DNA from: Moniliella sp. 'wahieum'
Lineage: Eukaryota
Reading direction: 5' to 3'
NCBI GenBank assembly: GCA_003971905.1
Contig: RSEE01000102.1
Coordinates: 186,001 to 222,574 of the forward strand
DNA: 36,574 nucleotides
Shown: positions 35,971 through 36,574 of the stretch, one piece after another
Layout of the letters: each line of letters starts with the position of its first letter
How positions within the stretch are numbered: position 1 is the first letter of the stretch
Notes under the pieces: generated by a model
Seen by the model: only the letters and a program-made list of their open reading frames with translations
Databases searched by the model: none
What the model was told of the DNA's origin: nothing
Position numbers and translations under genes: made by a program

Positions 35971-36257
35971 TGTCGACATCAGTCCACGACGGATGGCCAC
36001 ATTTTTTCTTACTCGTTACTAGTTTACTGCCCTATTCTCAATTCTCCGTCTTCCCCGTTTTTTTCTTGTTTTCTCTTCGGAATCTGAGAAGCTATATAGA
36101 ATTGGGCCATTAATCGCAATCATATACCTTTGTAGAACTTACACACACCTCTGGGAGGACAAAACGAAGAATAGACACAGTACTTCACCTAATACCGGTT
36201 TACCCGCTTAGCGCTCACCATCAGAGACTCATTCTCGGCATGGACTCGGTGTCAACA
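35971..36257. mobile_element. 287-bp solo-LTR or MITE-like element
   Basis: Starts TGTCGACATCAGTCCACG, ends CATGGACTCGGTGTCAACA (imperfect inverted repeat); flanks TGCCAA / TGTCAA; internal CTATATAG near 36092. Confidence 0.55.
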
Positions 36258-36555
36258 TGTCAATGTTACTCAACCGATGAGCTAGTACTCATCTGAGTGC
36301 TGAGAGTGAGAGGGAGTCCTCAACAGGTTAGGACCTTCTGGCTCCTGCCATTCAATGCAGAATAGGGAGATCAGAGTCATCCATGTTGAAGTGTGGTGGC
36401 ATGTGCCACCACTTTTGGTATGATGGCTTGATCGGTCATGCAATCCATGTCATGTCGCTGGCAAGCGGAACTAGCTATGGAGTTCCGCGACTCGCCTGCT
36501 CGGGATTGGTTACCGTCGCCCTCGTACCAATCGTTCCTCTTCTCCCTCTGCATTG

Positions 36556-36574
36556 AGGGTTAGGGTTAGGTTAG
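36556..36574 (+). repeat. Start of telomeric (TTAGGG)n tract
   Basis: Window ends AGGG TTAGGG TTAGG TTAG, G-rich strand pointing toward the end; only about 3 units are visible. Confidence 0.75.

Overview
GC-rich eukaryotic DNA from a fungus, most likely a basidiomycete yeast (inferred from short GT-AG introns with CTRAC/GCTGAC branch sites, fungal-type proteins and TTAGGG repeats). The window appears to run to a chromosome end. Almost every gene is broken by small indels, which looks like an unpolished long-read consensus, so CDS ends are approximate. Order: VPS35 (partial, -), a UBA-SIM-UIM protein with a degenerate USP-like domain (Rup1/Ucp6/USP25-like, +), GPD1 (+), an odd tRNA-Ala-like gene, a Pcl1/2-type cyclin (+), intron-containing tRNA-Arg(ACG) (-), AUR1 (+), NDK1 (-), a PHD+SET (Set3/4-like) protein (+), malic enzyme (+), dCMP deaminase (+), a secreted GH32 beta-fructofuranosidase (-), a complete young Ty1/copia element (identical 160-bp LTRs, TTAAA TSD), a 287-bp solo-LTR/MITE-like element and the start of a TTAGGG telomere. 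The most interesting signals are the copia element (in-frame UAG between gag and pol, no canonical PBS, HTDD RT motif, a TGAGTCA-CACGTG-TGAGTCA cassette in the LTR), the apparently catalytically dead USP25/28-like protein, and the tRNA with Ala identity but a register-shifted anticodon loop.
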